NCBI GenBank assembly: GCA_003281365.1
Contig: QCCF01000007.1
Span: 12,598 to 76,597, forward strand
Source: Prochlorococcus sp. AG-347-K18
Lineage (GTDB): Bacteria > Cyanobacteriota > Cyanobacteriia > PCC-6307 > Cyanobiaceae
DNA: 64,000 nt
Direction: 5' to 3'
Every line of letters starts with the position of its first letter. Within the stretch, counting starts at the first letter, position 1. The notes under the pieces are model-generated. The model was not told the origin of the DNA and did not search any database. It saw only the letters and a program-made list of their open reading frames with translations. Shown here in pieces: positions 32,144-42,324 of the stretch. The translations under genes were made by a program, and so were the position numbers.

Positions 32144-33201
32144 TTTCTCTTCTTAGCCCAAGGTGGAATATCAATAAAGATTTGCTCTCCAGGTTCTAAT
32201 CCATCAATAACTGAAGTTTTATTTCCACTACTAATACCAATTTCGATTTTTTCAAATTTGGGAGAATTGTTTTTATCAACTTTCAAAATTCCCTTTTCAC
32301 CTTTTTCAGTGACAATAGACACTGTTGGCACTATGATTTTTTCTTCATTACCTTCGACTCTAAATTCAAGATCTGCAGTCATTCCAATCTTAATTTCTTC
32401 AGAAATATTTTTAAAATTTAAAGTTACTTCGAATGAAGTTACATTATTATCTTTTACAGCTCTTGTAGCTATTTTTTTAACTACGGCACTGTATTTTTTT
32501 GAGGGATAAGCCTCAATTCTTACTGAGGCTTCTTGACCTATTTTTATTCTGCCAATGTCACTCTCAGGAACTTTGGCAACAATTTCTAGACCCTCTGATA
32601 GTTCAAAAATGAAGTTTTTGGTTTTAGGGTCTGAACTTAAGTTTGTACTTGGTGTGACATAAGATCCTATCTCTGCATATTTTGCAGTTATCTTTCCTCC
32701 ATAAGGAGCTTTTATTAGATAGAAACTTTTTTCAGCTTTTGCATCATTAAGTTTGGCGTTACTAATGTTGTAGTTATTTTTATAACTTTCATAATCTTCT
32801 TTACTTACTGCACCTTCTTGATATAAGTATTCTCTTCTTAAAAATTCAGATTTTTGTTTTTCGACATTTAATTCTAGTTCTTCAATTTTATAGATAAAGT
32901 CTTCATCATTAAGAGAAGCTAAAACCTGATCTTTTTTTACAAGATCGCCCTCATCTACATTGATTTCTTTTATTACCCCTTGCTTCCTAGGTCCAATATT
33001 GCTTGTCCTGATAGCTTTTACTTCACCACTTGTATTTATTGAATCTGAGAGGATTCCTTTTTCAACTTGAACTACAAAATCAGAAATGTCTTTTGATTTA
33101 TTTTTCTTGAAGGAGTTGGTTATAAAAACGAAAAATATAGTTAAAGAAAGCAATATAATTCCACTTCTTAGATTTATATTTTTTTTTATTAAATCAAGCA
33201 T
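32140..33201 (-). CDS. HlyD/RND-family periplasmic adaptor (DevB-like)
   Basis: N-terminal TM, lipoyl half-motifs, IKAPYGG, VPESDIGRIK. Confidence 0.85.
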   Translation of the reverse strand: MLDLIKKNINLRSGIILLSLTIFFVFITNSFKKNKSKDISDFVVQVEKGILSDSINTSGEVKAIRTSNIGPRKQGVIKEINVDEGDLVKKDQVLASLNDEDFIYKIEELELNVEKQKSEFLRREYLYQEGAVSKEDYESYKNNYNISNAKLNDAKAEKSFYLIKAPYGGKITAKYAEIGSYVTPSTNLSSDPKTKNFIFELSEGLEIVAKVPESDIGRIKIGQEASVRIEAYPSKKYSAVVKKIATRAVKDNNVTSFEVTLNFKNISEEIKIGMTADLEFRVEGNEEKIIVPTVSIVTEKGEKGILKVDKNNSPKFEKIEIGISSGNKTSVIDGLEPGEQIFIDIPPWAKKRK

Positions 33202-33321
33202 TTCTTTTTAAAACAGCGGTTGATAATATTTAGAAACTAAATAAATAATCAAGATTGGTTAAGTAAATACTATATTACTAGAAGACGCTTTCTTGATAAT
33301 TTTTCCATTTATTTTTTTCAA

Positions 33322-34413
33322 ATGTTAAAAGCAGGTATTATTGGACTACCAAATGTTGGAAAATCAACTTTATTTAATGCACTTGTAGAAAATGCGAAAG
33401 CACAAGCGGCTAATTTCCCCTTTTGTACTATAGAACCTAATAAAGGTATAGTTTCAGTTCCAGATCAAAGGTTACAAGAGTTAGGTGATTTAAGTTCTAG
33501 CCAAAATATTATCCCAACAAAAATTGAATTTGTTGATATTGCAGGACTAGTAAAAGGAGCCAGTAAAGGCGAAGGTTTGGGAAATAAATTTTTATCAAAT
33601 ATTAGGGAGGTTGATGCAATAGTTCATGTTGTAAGGTGCTTTGAAGATAGTGATGTAATTCATGTATCCGGAAAGGTAGATCCCTTGGATGACATTGAGA
33701 TAATTAATCTGGAATTGAATTTAGCTGATTTATCCCAACTGCAAAAAAGAAGAGAAAGAATTAAAAAACAAGTTAGAACTATTAAAGAGGCAGCAAAAGA
33801 AGATACTTTATTAGAAAAAATTGAAGAAGAGCTACAGAAAGGACTTTCCGTTAGATCAATATCTTTGAGTGAAGAAGAAAATTTAATAATTAAACAATTA
33901 GGCTTCCTTACCGCAAAACCAATTATTTACGCAACAAATTTGAATGAAAATGATTTAGCTGAAGGTAATGATTTCTCATCAAAAGTTCAGAGTTTTGCAA
34001 GTAGTGAAAATACAGAATGCATAAAAATATCAGCGCAAGTCGAATCTGAATTAATAGATTTAGAACCAGAAGATAAAAAAGACTACCTTATGGGTTTAGG
34101 TGTAAAAGAAGGGGGATTAAGTTCTTTAATTAGATCAACATATAAATTACTGGGATTAAAAACTTATTTCACCACCGGAGAAAAAGAAACAAAAGCATGG
34201 ACCATAAAAGATGGGATGACTGCACCACAAGCAGCAGGAGTCATCCATACTGATTTTGAAAAAGGATTTATAAGAGCTCAGACTATTTCATATCAAAATT
34301 TAATTGATTCAGGTTCAATTGCCAATGCAAAAACTAAAGGCCTTTTAAGAAGTGAAGGTAAGGAATATATTGTTAACGAAGGTGATGTAATGGAGTTTTT
34401 ATTTAATGTTTAA
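33322..34413 (+). CDS. ychF: Redox-regulated ATPase YchF
   Basis: GLPNVGKST, ANFPFCT, DIAG, TGS-type C-terminus. Confidence 0.97.
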   Translation: MLKAGIIGLPNVGKSTLFNALVENAKAQAANFPFCTIEPNKGIVSVPDQRLQELGDLSSSQNIIPTKIEFVDIAGLVKGASKGEGLGNKFLSNIREVDAIVHVVRCFEDSDVIHVSGKVDPLDDIEIINLELNLADLSQLQKRRERIKKQVRTIKEAAKEDTLLEKIEEELQKGLSVRSISLSEEENLIIKQLGFLTAKPIIYATNLNENDLAEGNDFSSKVQSFASSENTECIKISAQVESELIDLEPEDKKDYLMGLGVKEGGLSSLIRSTYKLLGLKTYFTTGEKETKAWTIKDGMTAPQAAGVIHTDFEKGFIRAQTISYQNLIDSGSIANAKTKGLLRSEGKEYIVNEGDVMEFLFNV

Positions 34414-34421
34414 TAAGTCTC

Positions 34422-34580
34422 TTAAGGCTTACTATTTTGCTTTTTGAATTTAAATTCAAAAAATGAAATTAATAAAATTAAGATACATCCTAAGCAACTT
34501 CCTATTAATCCAAAAACAATAGTTGTAAAGCCATCATCGTAGCCATATTGTAATTGTGGTAAGTGAGGGGGTATTGGCAT
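34422..34580 (-). CDS. 52-aa single-TM protein
   Basis: MPIPPHLPQLQYGYDDGFTTIVFGLIGSCLGCILILLISF...; TAATG overlap with the upstream ORF. Confidence 0.55.
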   Translation of the reverse strand: MPIPPHLPQLQYGYDDGFTTIVFGLIGSCLGCILILLISFFEFKFKKQNSKP

Positions 34581-34723
34581 TATTTTTCAACAGAATTTTC
34601 AATATCTTCCAGTAAATGTTTAGTTGATCTACTAAAACCATTAGTTTTTAAATAGTTTTGAGCCTCTCTAAATTTTTCAGCTACTCTTTTTGCATAAGGA
34701 GTATTCATGGAATTTTGAGTCAT
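34580..34723 (-). CDS. 47-aa hypothetical protein
   Basis: MTQNSMNTPYAKRVAEKFREAQNYLKTNGF... Confidence 0.55.
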   Translation of the reverse strand: MTQNSMNTPYAKRVAEKFREAQNYLKTNGFSRSTKHLLEDIENSVEK

Positions 34724-34879
34724 GTTGAAAATGCGACTCACTTTATAATCTGATTTAGTTATACCCTTGATAAGTATTCAAAAATACAAGAATATAAAAA
34801 TAGGATTTTTTACTTACTAAGAAAATTATTGTGAAAAGTTCTTGATTATCCAAAATAAAGTTTTTTCAAATTAGAAAAA

Positions 34880-35185
34880 TTGACAATGACAAATATATTT
34901 TTAATTCTGTTTTTGCTGATTGTTTTTTTTGTACTTTTATTTCTATTATTTTTTTATTCAAAACGAAAAAAAAGTTTAGCCAAAAAAACCACAATTTTTA
35001 CAACTTATGTACCCTTTTTAAAAGAACAAGAATTTAATCCTGACATTAGTACTGATAATTGGGATTTACACAAATTTAGATTAGATAAATTTAAAAGATC
35101 ACAATATAAGGGATTAACTTTCTTTTTGAGTTCAGAAAATAGAATTTACTATCTTTCTGAAGAAGGTGATAAAGTTTATTGCTAA
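34880..35185 (+). CDS. Hypothetical membrane-anchored protein
   Basis: N-terminal TM then KRKK. Confidence 0.6.
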   Translation: MTMTNIFLILFLLIVFFVLLFLLFFYSKRKKSLAKKTTIFTTYVPFLKEQEFNPDISTDNWDLHKFRLDKFKRSQYKGLTFFLSSENRIYYLSEEGDKVYC

Positions 35186-35238
35186 CAAGTGAATTTAATT
35201 TTATAAATAAAAAAAGCCGATAGAAATTAATAATATTA

Positions 35239-35490
35239 ATGAAGTATTTATTTTTATTATCAGAAAAGTTCTATAGGTTTATCGAATGGGACTTGAATAC
35301 CTTAAAAAATCTAAGAAGAACAAAAAGAAAGAATTTTTTTCTAAGAGGATCATTTGCTTTATTTAGTTTATTTTCTATCCTTTTTTTAATATTTTCTCCT
35401 CCTATCGTTTTTGGATTGTTATTTGGAGAGGGATTGAAATTTAGTACTTTTTTTATTTGGATATGGATTTTAAATTTGAAGTTTTTTTGA
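35239..35490 (+). CDS. Hypothetical membrane protein
   Basis: 83-aa Phe-rich ORF. Confidence 0.35.
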   Translation: MKYLFLLSEKFYRFIEWDLNTLKNLRRTKRKNFFLRGSFALFSLFSILFLIFSPPIVFGLLFGEGLKFSTFFIWIWILNLKFF

Positions 35491-35496
35491 AAATGT

Positions 35497-35763
35497 ATGA
35501 TTAATTTAACGAGATTATTTAAAATTAAGTATATAAAAATTTACCTTATGCCAAAGATATTCAAACAAAATAAGTTCGCTTTGTTAGGAGCAAATATATT
35601 AATAATTTTGCTCTGGGTAACTATATCCTCTTTTTTGCTAAATTTATTTCAAAGTGAAAATGCCCCATTTTATATTTATAAAATTTCTTTTTTAATCAGA
35701 TTTCTTCCTCCTATTTGGATTACATGGTTCCTATGGATAAAAAGAGGTGGTTTAAAAAGATAA
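35497..35763 (+). CDS. Hypothetical two-TM protein
   Basis: 88-aa ORF; start may be MPKIFK. Confidence 0.5.
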   Translation: MINLTRLFKIKYIKIYLMPKIFKQNKFALLGANILIILLWVTISSFLLNLFQSENAPFYIYKISFLIRFLPPIWITWFLWIKRGGLKR

Positions 35764-35971
35764 ATAACAAAAGCATTTTTGAGTATTTACTATAAAAATA
35801 AATCGGTTAAAATTTGTGAGCTTACTTGAAATTTTCATGTAAGAATCAGGTAATTGAGAGATTGTTTTTAGCTAAGAAACAATCTCTTTTTTTTATAAAT
35901 ATTTTTTTTCATAAAAAAAGTGCCTGTCAGTATCCCTATTGACAAACACTCATGACGATTAATTTTTTAAA

Positions 35972-36151
35972 TTAGACAGGCAATCTATTATCAATTTCCA
36001 CCACTCCAGAGTCCATAAGACGGCCAATTTTAATGACTAATGCCATGTCTAACCTTGAAAATTCGGATTGATGGTTAGTTATCCAATCAAGTTCTGAAAG
36101 AGTTATTACGCCTAAAGTATTGACTTTAAGAAAAAGTAAGCCTAAATTCAT
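35972..36151 (-). CDS. 59-aa conserved hypothetical protein at the end of the hli operon
   Basis: MNLGLLFLKVNTLGVITLSELDW...; starts 1 nt after the hli stop. Confidence 0.7.
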   Translation of the reverse strand: MNLGLLFLKVNTLGVITLSELDWITNHQSEFSRLDMALVIKIGRLMDSGVVEIDNRLPV

Positions 36152-36152
36152 T

Positions 36153-36281
36153 TTAGAAGATCCCTGGGATAATCCAGCCGAATAAGCCATAGTTTATAAC
36201 TAATGCAAATAAGCCCATCATTGCCATTCTTCCATTAGTTCTCTCAGCGTTTTGCCAATAAGTAAGTTTTGAATTTTCCAT
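36153..36281 (-). CDS. hli: High-light inducible protein (42 aa)
   Basis: Translated by hand: MENSKLTYWQNAERTNGRMAMMGLFALVINYGLFGWIIPGIF. Confidence 0.92.
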   Translation of the reverse strand: MENSKLTYWQNAERTNGRMAMMGLFALVINYGLFGWIIPGIF

Positions 36282-36316
36282 TTTATTTAAGTTTTTGGTC
36301 TATTAAAGAGTAAGTT

Positions 36317-36577
36317 TTAAACGAAACCAGGAATTATTTGACCTGTTGTTAGGTATGCTCCAACAGCAGCAATTAACCCAAGCATTGCGAATCTGCCATT
36401 AAGTGTTTCAGCAACAACTTTTTCTTTCTCGATTGTTTTGACTTTTGTGGTTGTGTTTTTCATTTGATTAGTAGATGAATAGTTTAAATTTTCGTTTTGA
36501 TATTGCCTGATTAAATAAGCAACGAGGACGGCTGTAAAGAATACAATTACGGCTAAAAAACCTGAAAGTGGACTCAT
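36317..36577 (-). CDS. hli: High-light inducible protein (86 aa, extra N-terminal TM)
   Basis: AETLNGRFAMLG...TGQIIPGFV; start MSPLSG overlaps the upstream stop (TAATG). Confidence 0.92.
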   Translation of the reverse strand: MSPLSGFLAVIVFFTAVLVAYLIRQYQNENLNYSSTNQMKNTTTKVKTIEKEKVVAETLNGRFAMLGLIAAVGAYLTTGQIIPGFV

Positions 36578-36783
36578 TAAAAAATGCCAGGAATAATTTG
36601 TCCGGTTGAAACGTAAGCACCGACTAACGCAACAAGCCCAATCATCGCCCATCGACCATTAACTTTTTCAGCATTTTGTGGGTAACTGTCGTAAGAAACA
36701 GACTCATCTATGTAAGGACGTGTTTCAGTAGGAAACATATTCTGCCTGCCACCTGATTCAGTAGTAACGTTTGAATTAGCCAT
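36577..36783 (-). CDS. hli: High-light inducible protein (68 aa)
   Basis: AEKVNGRWAMIG...TGQIIPGIF. Confidence 0.95.
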   Translation of the reverse strand: MANSNVTTESGGRQNMFPTETRPYIDESVSYDSYPQNAEKVNGRWAMIGLVALVGAYVSTGQIIPGIF

Positions 36784-36790
36784 TTAAGTT

Positions 36791-36835
36791 TTGTAATTGT
36801 TAACTAATGTAACACTTCTATTAACAATTGTAAAG
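36791..36835 (-). promoter_or_regulatory. HLR1-like (RpaB-type) direct repeats upstream of the hli operon
   Basis: Minus strand reads tttacaat-tg-ttaatag...gttacatt-ag-ttaacaat-tacaaa. Confidence 0.55.
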
Positions 36836-37358
36836 CAATAGGTCTAAATTGAGTTGTATTCAAGATAAATATTACATTTATGTAGCAATAGCGTTACACC
36901 TTAAGTTAAAATTTTAACTCTAAAGTATTTTTGACAGAAATTATTATCCGTAATCGCAATAAACCTTTACCCAGCTTTTTGATGAAGTTGGTGCCACTTG
37001 TTCCAATTAAAATCTATGTTTAGTTTCTCAGAGGATTTGCACCCTGCAGTTTCTCCAAGGTGATTTTTATAGAAAAGATGAGTCTGAATTTTTAAGTTAG
37101 GTTTAGCAGAATTTTTACATTCTTCTAAAAAGTTCATTCTGCTGCTTTCAGGATTTAGTAGTTATCTCTTTGGTTTGATAGTTCTACAACCAAATGAGTA
37201 TTTAGGATCCATACTTTAATTTTAATCGGAGAATTGGACAGCAATTTATACTATAAATTTTATCTTACTTGCTTTGTATTCAATCCTTTTAAGATTAAGT
37301 ACTTATTTACTAATAGTTATTTTGTTTTTTAATAAAAAAAGGTGTTATCTTTAAGCTT

Positions 37359-37541
37359 ATGAATTACAGGGAAGATTTAGAAATTAAACTACAAAAAGTA
37401 ACTCTTGCAATGCAAGAAGTCGCTGAGGATATCTATAAAACTGATCAGGAGAAACAAATAATTATTTGCAAACTTATAGAATTTAAAGAAGCAATCATTT
37501 CAAAAGGTATTGAACTTCATATTGAATTAGAAGCGGCCTAA
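37359..37541 (+). CDS. Hypothetical protein
   Basis: 60-aa helical ORF. Confidence 0.6.
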   Translation: MNYREDLEIKLQKVTLAMQEVAEDIYKTDQEKQIIICKLIEFKEAIISKGIELHIELEAA

Positions 37542-37598
37542 AATTGATCATCATCTCATGAATGTTTAATAACTTTTAGAATAAAGTTATTAATAAAG

Positions 37599-37775
37599 AT
37601 GATTTATTTATCAATGCAGTCTGGTACTTTTGAATTATTAATTCTAGTATTTATCTTTTTAGGACTTCAAGCTTGGTGGATTATCCCAATAATAAATAAA
37701 AATAATAAATTAAATAAAAGAGGTAAGAATTTAAGAGAAGAAATTAATCAATTAGAAAAGTTATATAAAAAATAA
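37599..37775 (+). CDS. 58-aa single-TM protein
   Basis: MIYLSMQSGTFELLILVFIFLGLQAWWIIPII...LEKLYKK. Confidence 0.5.
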   Translation: MIYLSMQSGTFELLILVFIFLGLQAWWIIPIINKNNKLNKRGKNLREEINQLEKLYKK

Positions 37776-37838
37776 ATAAGTCAAAAATAAATAAGATTTT
37801 TCTTTTAACTATTCAATTTAAATTTTGATGTTTAACTC

Positions 37839-39545
37839 TTATGAAGAACAGCTGTAGTGAGATACTCCTCCATAATTAAAATATTGCCTTGGCTTTAGTC
37901 GATTATATTTTTGATCTACCTCAGAAGGCTGTTCTCTATAAGGATTGCTAAAAACGGCCTGCAGTTCTTTTATTTTGTTGTAATTACCCTTTTCAGCTTC
38001 TTCATATGCAGAGACTATCATCCATTCCCGCCATGTATAAACTGGGTTAAGAGATTTCATTGATTCTGATTTTTCATTAATATTTGCCTCTTTCTTTAAT
38101 GTTAATTGCCAGTTTTTGAGCCAAGCTTCCCATCTATTATTAAGATCATTATTTATTGGTAAATAGAAGCTGTCTTTTAAGGAATCTAAGTTGTAAGGCA
38201 TTTCAGATAGTTTGCGGAACAATATTGTATAGTCTGCTTTTGAAATGAACATAAGATTAAAAAATTCATTTATTAGAGTTTCGTTGTAATGTTCTAAACC
38301 AAGCTTTTTCGCCCACATTTTCTTTAACTCCATGTTCATTAATTCTGAAAAATCCTTTTCTATTTGATCTAACTTTTCTTTATCTTGTTTGCTTTCTGAA
38401 AGTAACGGAGTAAGAGAAGAACAAAATGTTTTAAAGTTGATTTCTGCTGCTGAAGGTTGGTTAAAAAATGAGAAATGTTCACCTCCACCAGTCCATGGTT
38501 GAAATCTTGGATCAAATAATTCACAGAATCCAAAGGGGCCATAGTCCAAGGTGTAGCCTCCAACTGCACAATTATCACTATTGAAGTTGCCTTGGCAATA
38601 ACCAACTCGCATCCAGTTAGCCACAAGAGATATTAGTCTCGATCTATACAAAGAAGCTAGTTTTACTACTTTACTTTCAAGTGAAATCTCAGATTCAATT
38701 TCATCTTTATAGTTCCTATCCATAAGATGTTGAACAATCATCTTTAGTTCATTAAGGGCATCATCATGAGCATTATTGCGAACTCTTCTTGCAAAAAGTT
38801 CAAGCTGGCCAACACGTATAAAAGATGGAGCTACTCTCGTTGTAATTGCTGCTTGATTATCAGTTATAGTATCAGGTTCAAAATACTTGGAACCTTTGGA
38901 ATACCATGGCCTCTTAACAATTTCTGATTTTGAGACAAAAAGTGTTAAAGATCTTGAGGTAGGAATGCCCAAGGCATCCATAAATTCTTGTGCAAGAAAT
39001 TCTCTTATGCTAGAACGTAATACAGCTCTGCCATCTGCTCCTCGACAGTAGGGGGTTGGGCCCCCACCTTTTAGTTGCATTTCCATTCTTATCCCATTGA
39101 ATAAACCCTCAAAAACAGAAATTGCTCTGCCATCGCCATAACCATTGCCAGTGCCAAAGGGACATTGTTGGGTATATTCAGTCCCATAAATTGACAATGC
39201 ATAACCTGTTGCCCAACCAAATGGACTCATTGGATAATCAGCAACAGAAATATCACCTGAGAAAAAACGACAAAAATTTTTGTCGTTTGTAAGATCTGAG
39301 CTTAATCCCAGTTCTTTAAAAAGGTTTTTGCTGTGAGAAATATATTCTGGTTCTGGAATTGCTGTTGGAACAACTGGTACGAAATGACCTGAATATACTG
39401 AACGTGGCTTATGATCATTTCCATCTTTTGTTGATTTAGGATCTGCTTTGAGATAATTCAAAAAAGAATAATCAGATAGTTGAGAAAATTCAGAAAAATT
39501 TTTAATAAGCTTTCCTTTTGATGAATCAGATTTTGTTGACATCAA
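37839..39545 (-). CDS. selO: SelO/YdiU-family protein adenylyltransferase
   Basis: GDGRA, QLKGGGPTPYCRGADGRAVLRSSIREF, GNFNSDN...LDYGPF. Confidence 0.9.
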   Translation of the reverse strand: MMSTKSDSSKGKLIKNFSEFSQLSDYSFLNYLKADPKSTKDGNDHKPRSVYSGHFVPVVPTAIPEPEYISHSKNLFKELGLSSDLTNDKNFCRFFSGDISVADYPMSPFGWATGYALSIYGTEYTQQCPFGTGNGYGDGRAISVFEGLFNGIRMEMQLKGGGPTPYCRGADGRAVLRSSIREFLAQEFMDALGIPTSRSLTLFVSKSEIVKRPWYSKGSKYFEPDTITDNQAAITTRVAPSFIRVGQLELFARRVRNNAHDDALNELKMIVQHLMDRNYKDEIESEISLESKVVKLASLYRSRLISLVANWMRVGYCQGNFNSDNCAVGGYTLDYGPFGFCELFDPRFQPWTGGGEHFSFFNQPSAAEINFKTFCSSLTPLLSESKQDKEKLDQIEKDFSELMNMELKKMWAKKLGLEHYNETLINEFFNLMFISKADYTILFRKLSEMPYNLDSLKDSFYLPINNDLNNRWEAWLKNWQLTLKKEANINEKSESMKSLNPVYTWREWMIVSAYEEAEKGNYNKIKELQAVFSNPYREQPSEVDQKYNRLKPRQYFNYGGVSHYSCSS

Positions 39546-39694
39546 ATTTTTATTTATTATTGATTGTGTTCTAATTTTTTTAAATTAAACACTTAAATAT
39601 TTTATATAAATATTAATAGTGATGGTTTCTTGCTGCTAGTTTTAGGATTAGATTTAGGTTCAATCGTCAATAATCAGACTATAACTCTGTTTTT

Positions 39695-41038
39695 TTAACT
39701 TACCCAGCCTTTAAGCAAATCAAAGACACTAATAAATAATCCAAAACCAATAAATGGAGGAGCAATCCATCTTGTCATGAATTTCAAATAACGTGTTGTT
39801 TTGATGCCAACTTTAGAAACATTAAGCTCTTCATTAAATTTACCTGGCACTACCCATCCCATAAAGAAAGTTACTAAGAATCCTCCAAATATAAGTAATA
39901 CCCCTCCAAAAATTGAATCAATAGTTCCTAGTATATTTAAGTTCAAGGCAGAGGGAATACCAGCTATAAATAGGAATAAAGTTATCAACCAAACAGATTT
40001 TTCTCTTTTAAAACCAAATTTATCAATCAAAGAGGAAACTGGAACTTCTAATAAAGAGACAGAAGATGTTATTGCTGCTATATAAGCCAGTGCAAAAAAA
40101 GCGACAGCGACAATTCTTCCAACTGCCCCATATGAGCCTAATCCAGTAGGAATAGATATAAACAAAGCCCCTACAGTTGATTCGGAAATGGCGTCGCTTA
40201 AACCGAATGTCAAAACAATTGGGAAGGTTATGAGTCCTGCCATAAGACCCACCAAAGTATCTAATGATGCTACTCCAACACTTAGTTTTGGAAGATTACT
40301 TTTTTTATTTAGATAAGAGGCATAAGTTACCATTACCCCAATCCCTAAACTTAAAGAAAAGAAAGCTTGTGTAAAAGCATTTCTGATTGTCTGAGGATTC
40401 CTTAATTCATCAATATCAAATTTAAATAAAAATGTTTTATAACCTTCCCATGCTCCCGTGAGTGAAGTTGCCCATATGGCAAGAAATAAAAGAATTATAA
40501 AAAGTATAGGCATAAAGAATCTTGTTACCTTTTCAATCCCTTTTTTTATTCCCGATGAGACAATTATGGCTGTAAGAACAAGACTTAATAAGTGTCCCAA
40601 CAAAACACTGCTTCCACTACTAATGGAACCAAAGAAAGTTTCAGCTTCATCTAAATTATTTGGTAGTCCAAAAAATATTGAGTGAAATAAAGTATCAGCT
40701 GTCCAGCCCATTATTACAGAGTAATATGATGCTATTCCAAGTGGCGCTATGAAAAAAAGAATTCCTAATGGATACCAATTTTTTCCAGCCAACTTTACTG
40801 GTGCAAGCAATGTACTTGAAGTAGAATTTCTGCCTAAAGCCATTTCCGCAACAAATACTGGAAGACAAATAATCAAAACGATTAATATATATAAAATTAC
40901 AAAAGCAGCACCTCCGCCTTGGGAGGCTCTATAGGCGAAACCCCATAGGTTACCAAGTCCTACTGCGCTACCAGCAGCTGCAAGAATAAATCCGAGCTTG
41001 CTAGTCCATTGTTCTCTTTGAGAAATTTTTGAGTTCAA
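39695..41038 (-). CDS. Sodium-dependent transporter, NSS/SNF family
   Basis: AAAGSAVGLGNLWGF, QAFFSLSLG. Confidence 0.92.
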   Translation of the reverse strand: MNSKISQREQWTSKLGFILAAAGSAVGLGNLWGFAYRASQGGGAAFVILYILIVLIICLPVFVAEMALGRNSTSSTLLAPVKLAGKNWYPLGILFFIAPLGIASYYSVIMGWTADTLFHSIFFGLPNNLDEAETFFGSISSGSSVLLGHLLSLVLTAIIVSSGIKKGIEKVTRFFMPILFIILLFLAIWATSLTGAWEGYKTFLFKFDIDELRNPQTIRNAFTQAFFSLSLGIGVMVTYASYLNKKSNLPKLSVGVASLDTLVGLMAGLITFPIVLTFGLSDAISESTVGALFISIPTGLGSYGAVGRIVAVAFFALAYIAAITSSVSLLEVPVSSLIDKFGFKREKSVWLITLFLFIAGIPSALNLNILGTIDSIFGGVLLIFGGFLVTFFMGWVVPGKFNEELNVSKVGIKTTRYLKFMTRWIAPPFIGFGLFISVFDLLKGWVS

Positions 41039-41160
41039 AATTAAAATTGATTTTTATAGTTGATTTATAACTCATAAATAAAAATTAGTTAATACCTTAC
41101 TTAATAAAAACTAATCTTTCTTTGTGCTGATAGGATTAATTTAGGGTTAGATAAATAAAA

Positions 41161-41517
41161 TTGGATTCTACTAGCGAATTGGTTTTGGAAAATGTTTTAA
41201 AGCTTATTAGATCTAGCGAGGAAAAGTTTAAGCTTGGAAATTTCAAAGGAGCTCTAGATGATAAATTAAAGGCAAACATAATCTTGGAATCCCAAGCTTG
41301 CAACGAACAAATTATTGAGAAGTTTAGAGAAGAATTATCTAGTTTGTATTCTTCAAAATTTGATCTTATATTTGACCATAAGCTAAAAATTGACGAAATT
41401 AAGAGAGATAAGATAGTAAAACTTTTGAAAAATAAAAGCAAGGAAAAATTAAAAAATCTTGACTATAAAGGAGCGATAAAAGCATTAAGAAGAGCAGAGA
41501 AATATTTATCCAATTAA
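41161..41517 (+). CDS. Hypothetical helical protein
   Basis: 118 aa; repeated FKGAL/YKGAI motif, TPR-like. Confidence 0.65.
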   Translation: MDSTSELVLENVLKLIRSSEEKFKLGNFKGALDDKLKANIILESQACNEQIIEKFREELSSLYSSKFDLIFDHKLKIDEIKRDKIVKLLKNKSKEKLKNLDYKGAIKALRRAEKYLSN

Positions 41518-41811
41518 GAAAAACTAAAATATACATATATGAATTTAAAACTTAAGAATTTCTGCTTCTTAAGTTTTTTTAATTAATACATTAATAAATA
41601 ATTAATTAAAAGGTTGATTTTTTTTAATAATTCGTTTTTCTTGAAATTCATTATTTGATAATAATTATAGTTATGTACAATCTAATTTTGGGAAGTTTAT
41701 TATTTTTTTTGATACTATCTCTCTTATCAAAATATATTGTAAATTTGAAGTATTCTTTAAATTTAAAACCACAAAATTAGATTTTTTGTTTTTATCTTTT
41801 TTGTGAAAGAT

Positions 41812-42009
41812 TTATTTACTTGGATCATTCCAGGTTTCTTGGTATAACCAACTCAGAAAAGTAAGAGTTAGTATATTTCCAAATACGTAAATTATTCCTA
41901 ATAATGGATTGTAGAGATTGGCAATAATTGTGGCAATAATAAAGATTATTAGTCCTGAAACAGCTAAATCCTGAATAGGTAAATGTTTTAAATTAATTGA
42001 ATTTATCAT
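41812..42009 (-). CDS. Small two-TM protein
   Basis: 65-aa hydrophobic ORF. Confidence 0.55.
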   Translation of the reverse strand: MINSINLKHLPIQDLAVSGLIIFIIATIIANLYNPLLGIIYVFGNILTLTFLSWLYQETWNDPSK

Positions 42010-42091
42010 TTGAAAATTGTATATATTGAATCAAAGTAATTATAAAACTAAGCGGTAACATATATAGTTAAGTTGAAAAAACATCTTAGAT

Positions 42092-42322
42092 ATGAATCGT
42101 TTAAGGATTGCAAAGATAATTATAGTTTTTTCATCATTATCTTATTTAAGCTTTTCTATCTTACGAAATTATAATTCCCCAGAAAATATAGAAAAAAGAT
42201 GTCTACTTAAATTTGAAAAATATTTTAAAAATCCCATAGGGGCATCTTCTGAAGAATTGGATCTAATTTTAGATCTAGCTGATAATAATTATTTAAAATG
42301 TATGGGCATACCTCAGGATTAA
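42092..42322 (+). CDS. Small TM-anchored protein with two Cys
   Basis: 76 aa; EKRC...LKC. Confidence 0.6.
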   Translation: MNRLRIAKIIIVFSSLSYLSFSILRNYNSPENIEKRCLLKFEKYFKNPIGASSEELDLILDLADNNYLKCMGIPQD

Positions 42323-42324
42323 TA

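Noticed and set aside
36880-36899. NtcA site
   Set aside because: GTA-N10-TAC spacing instead of N8
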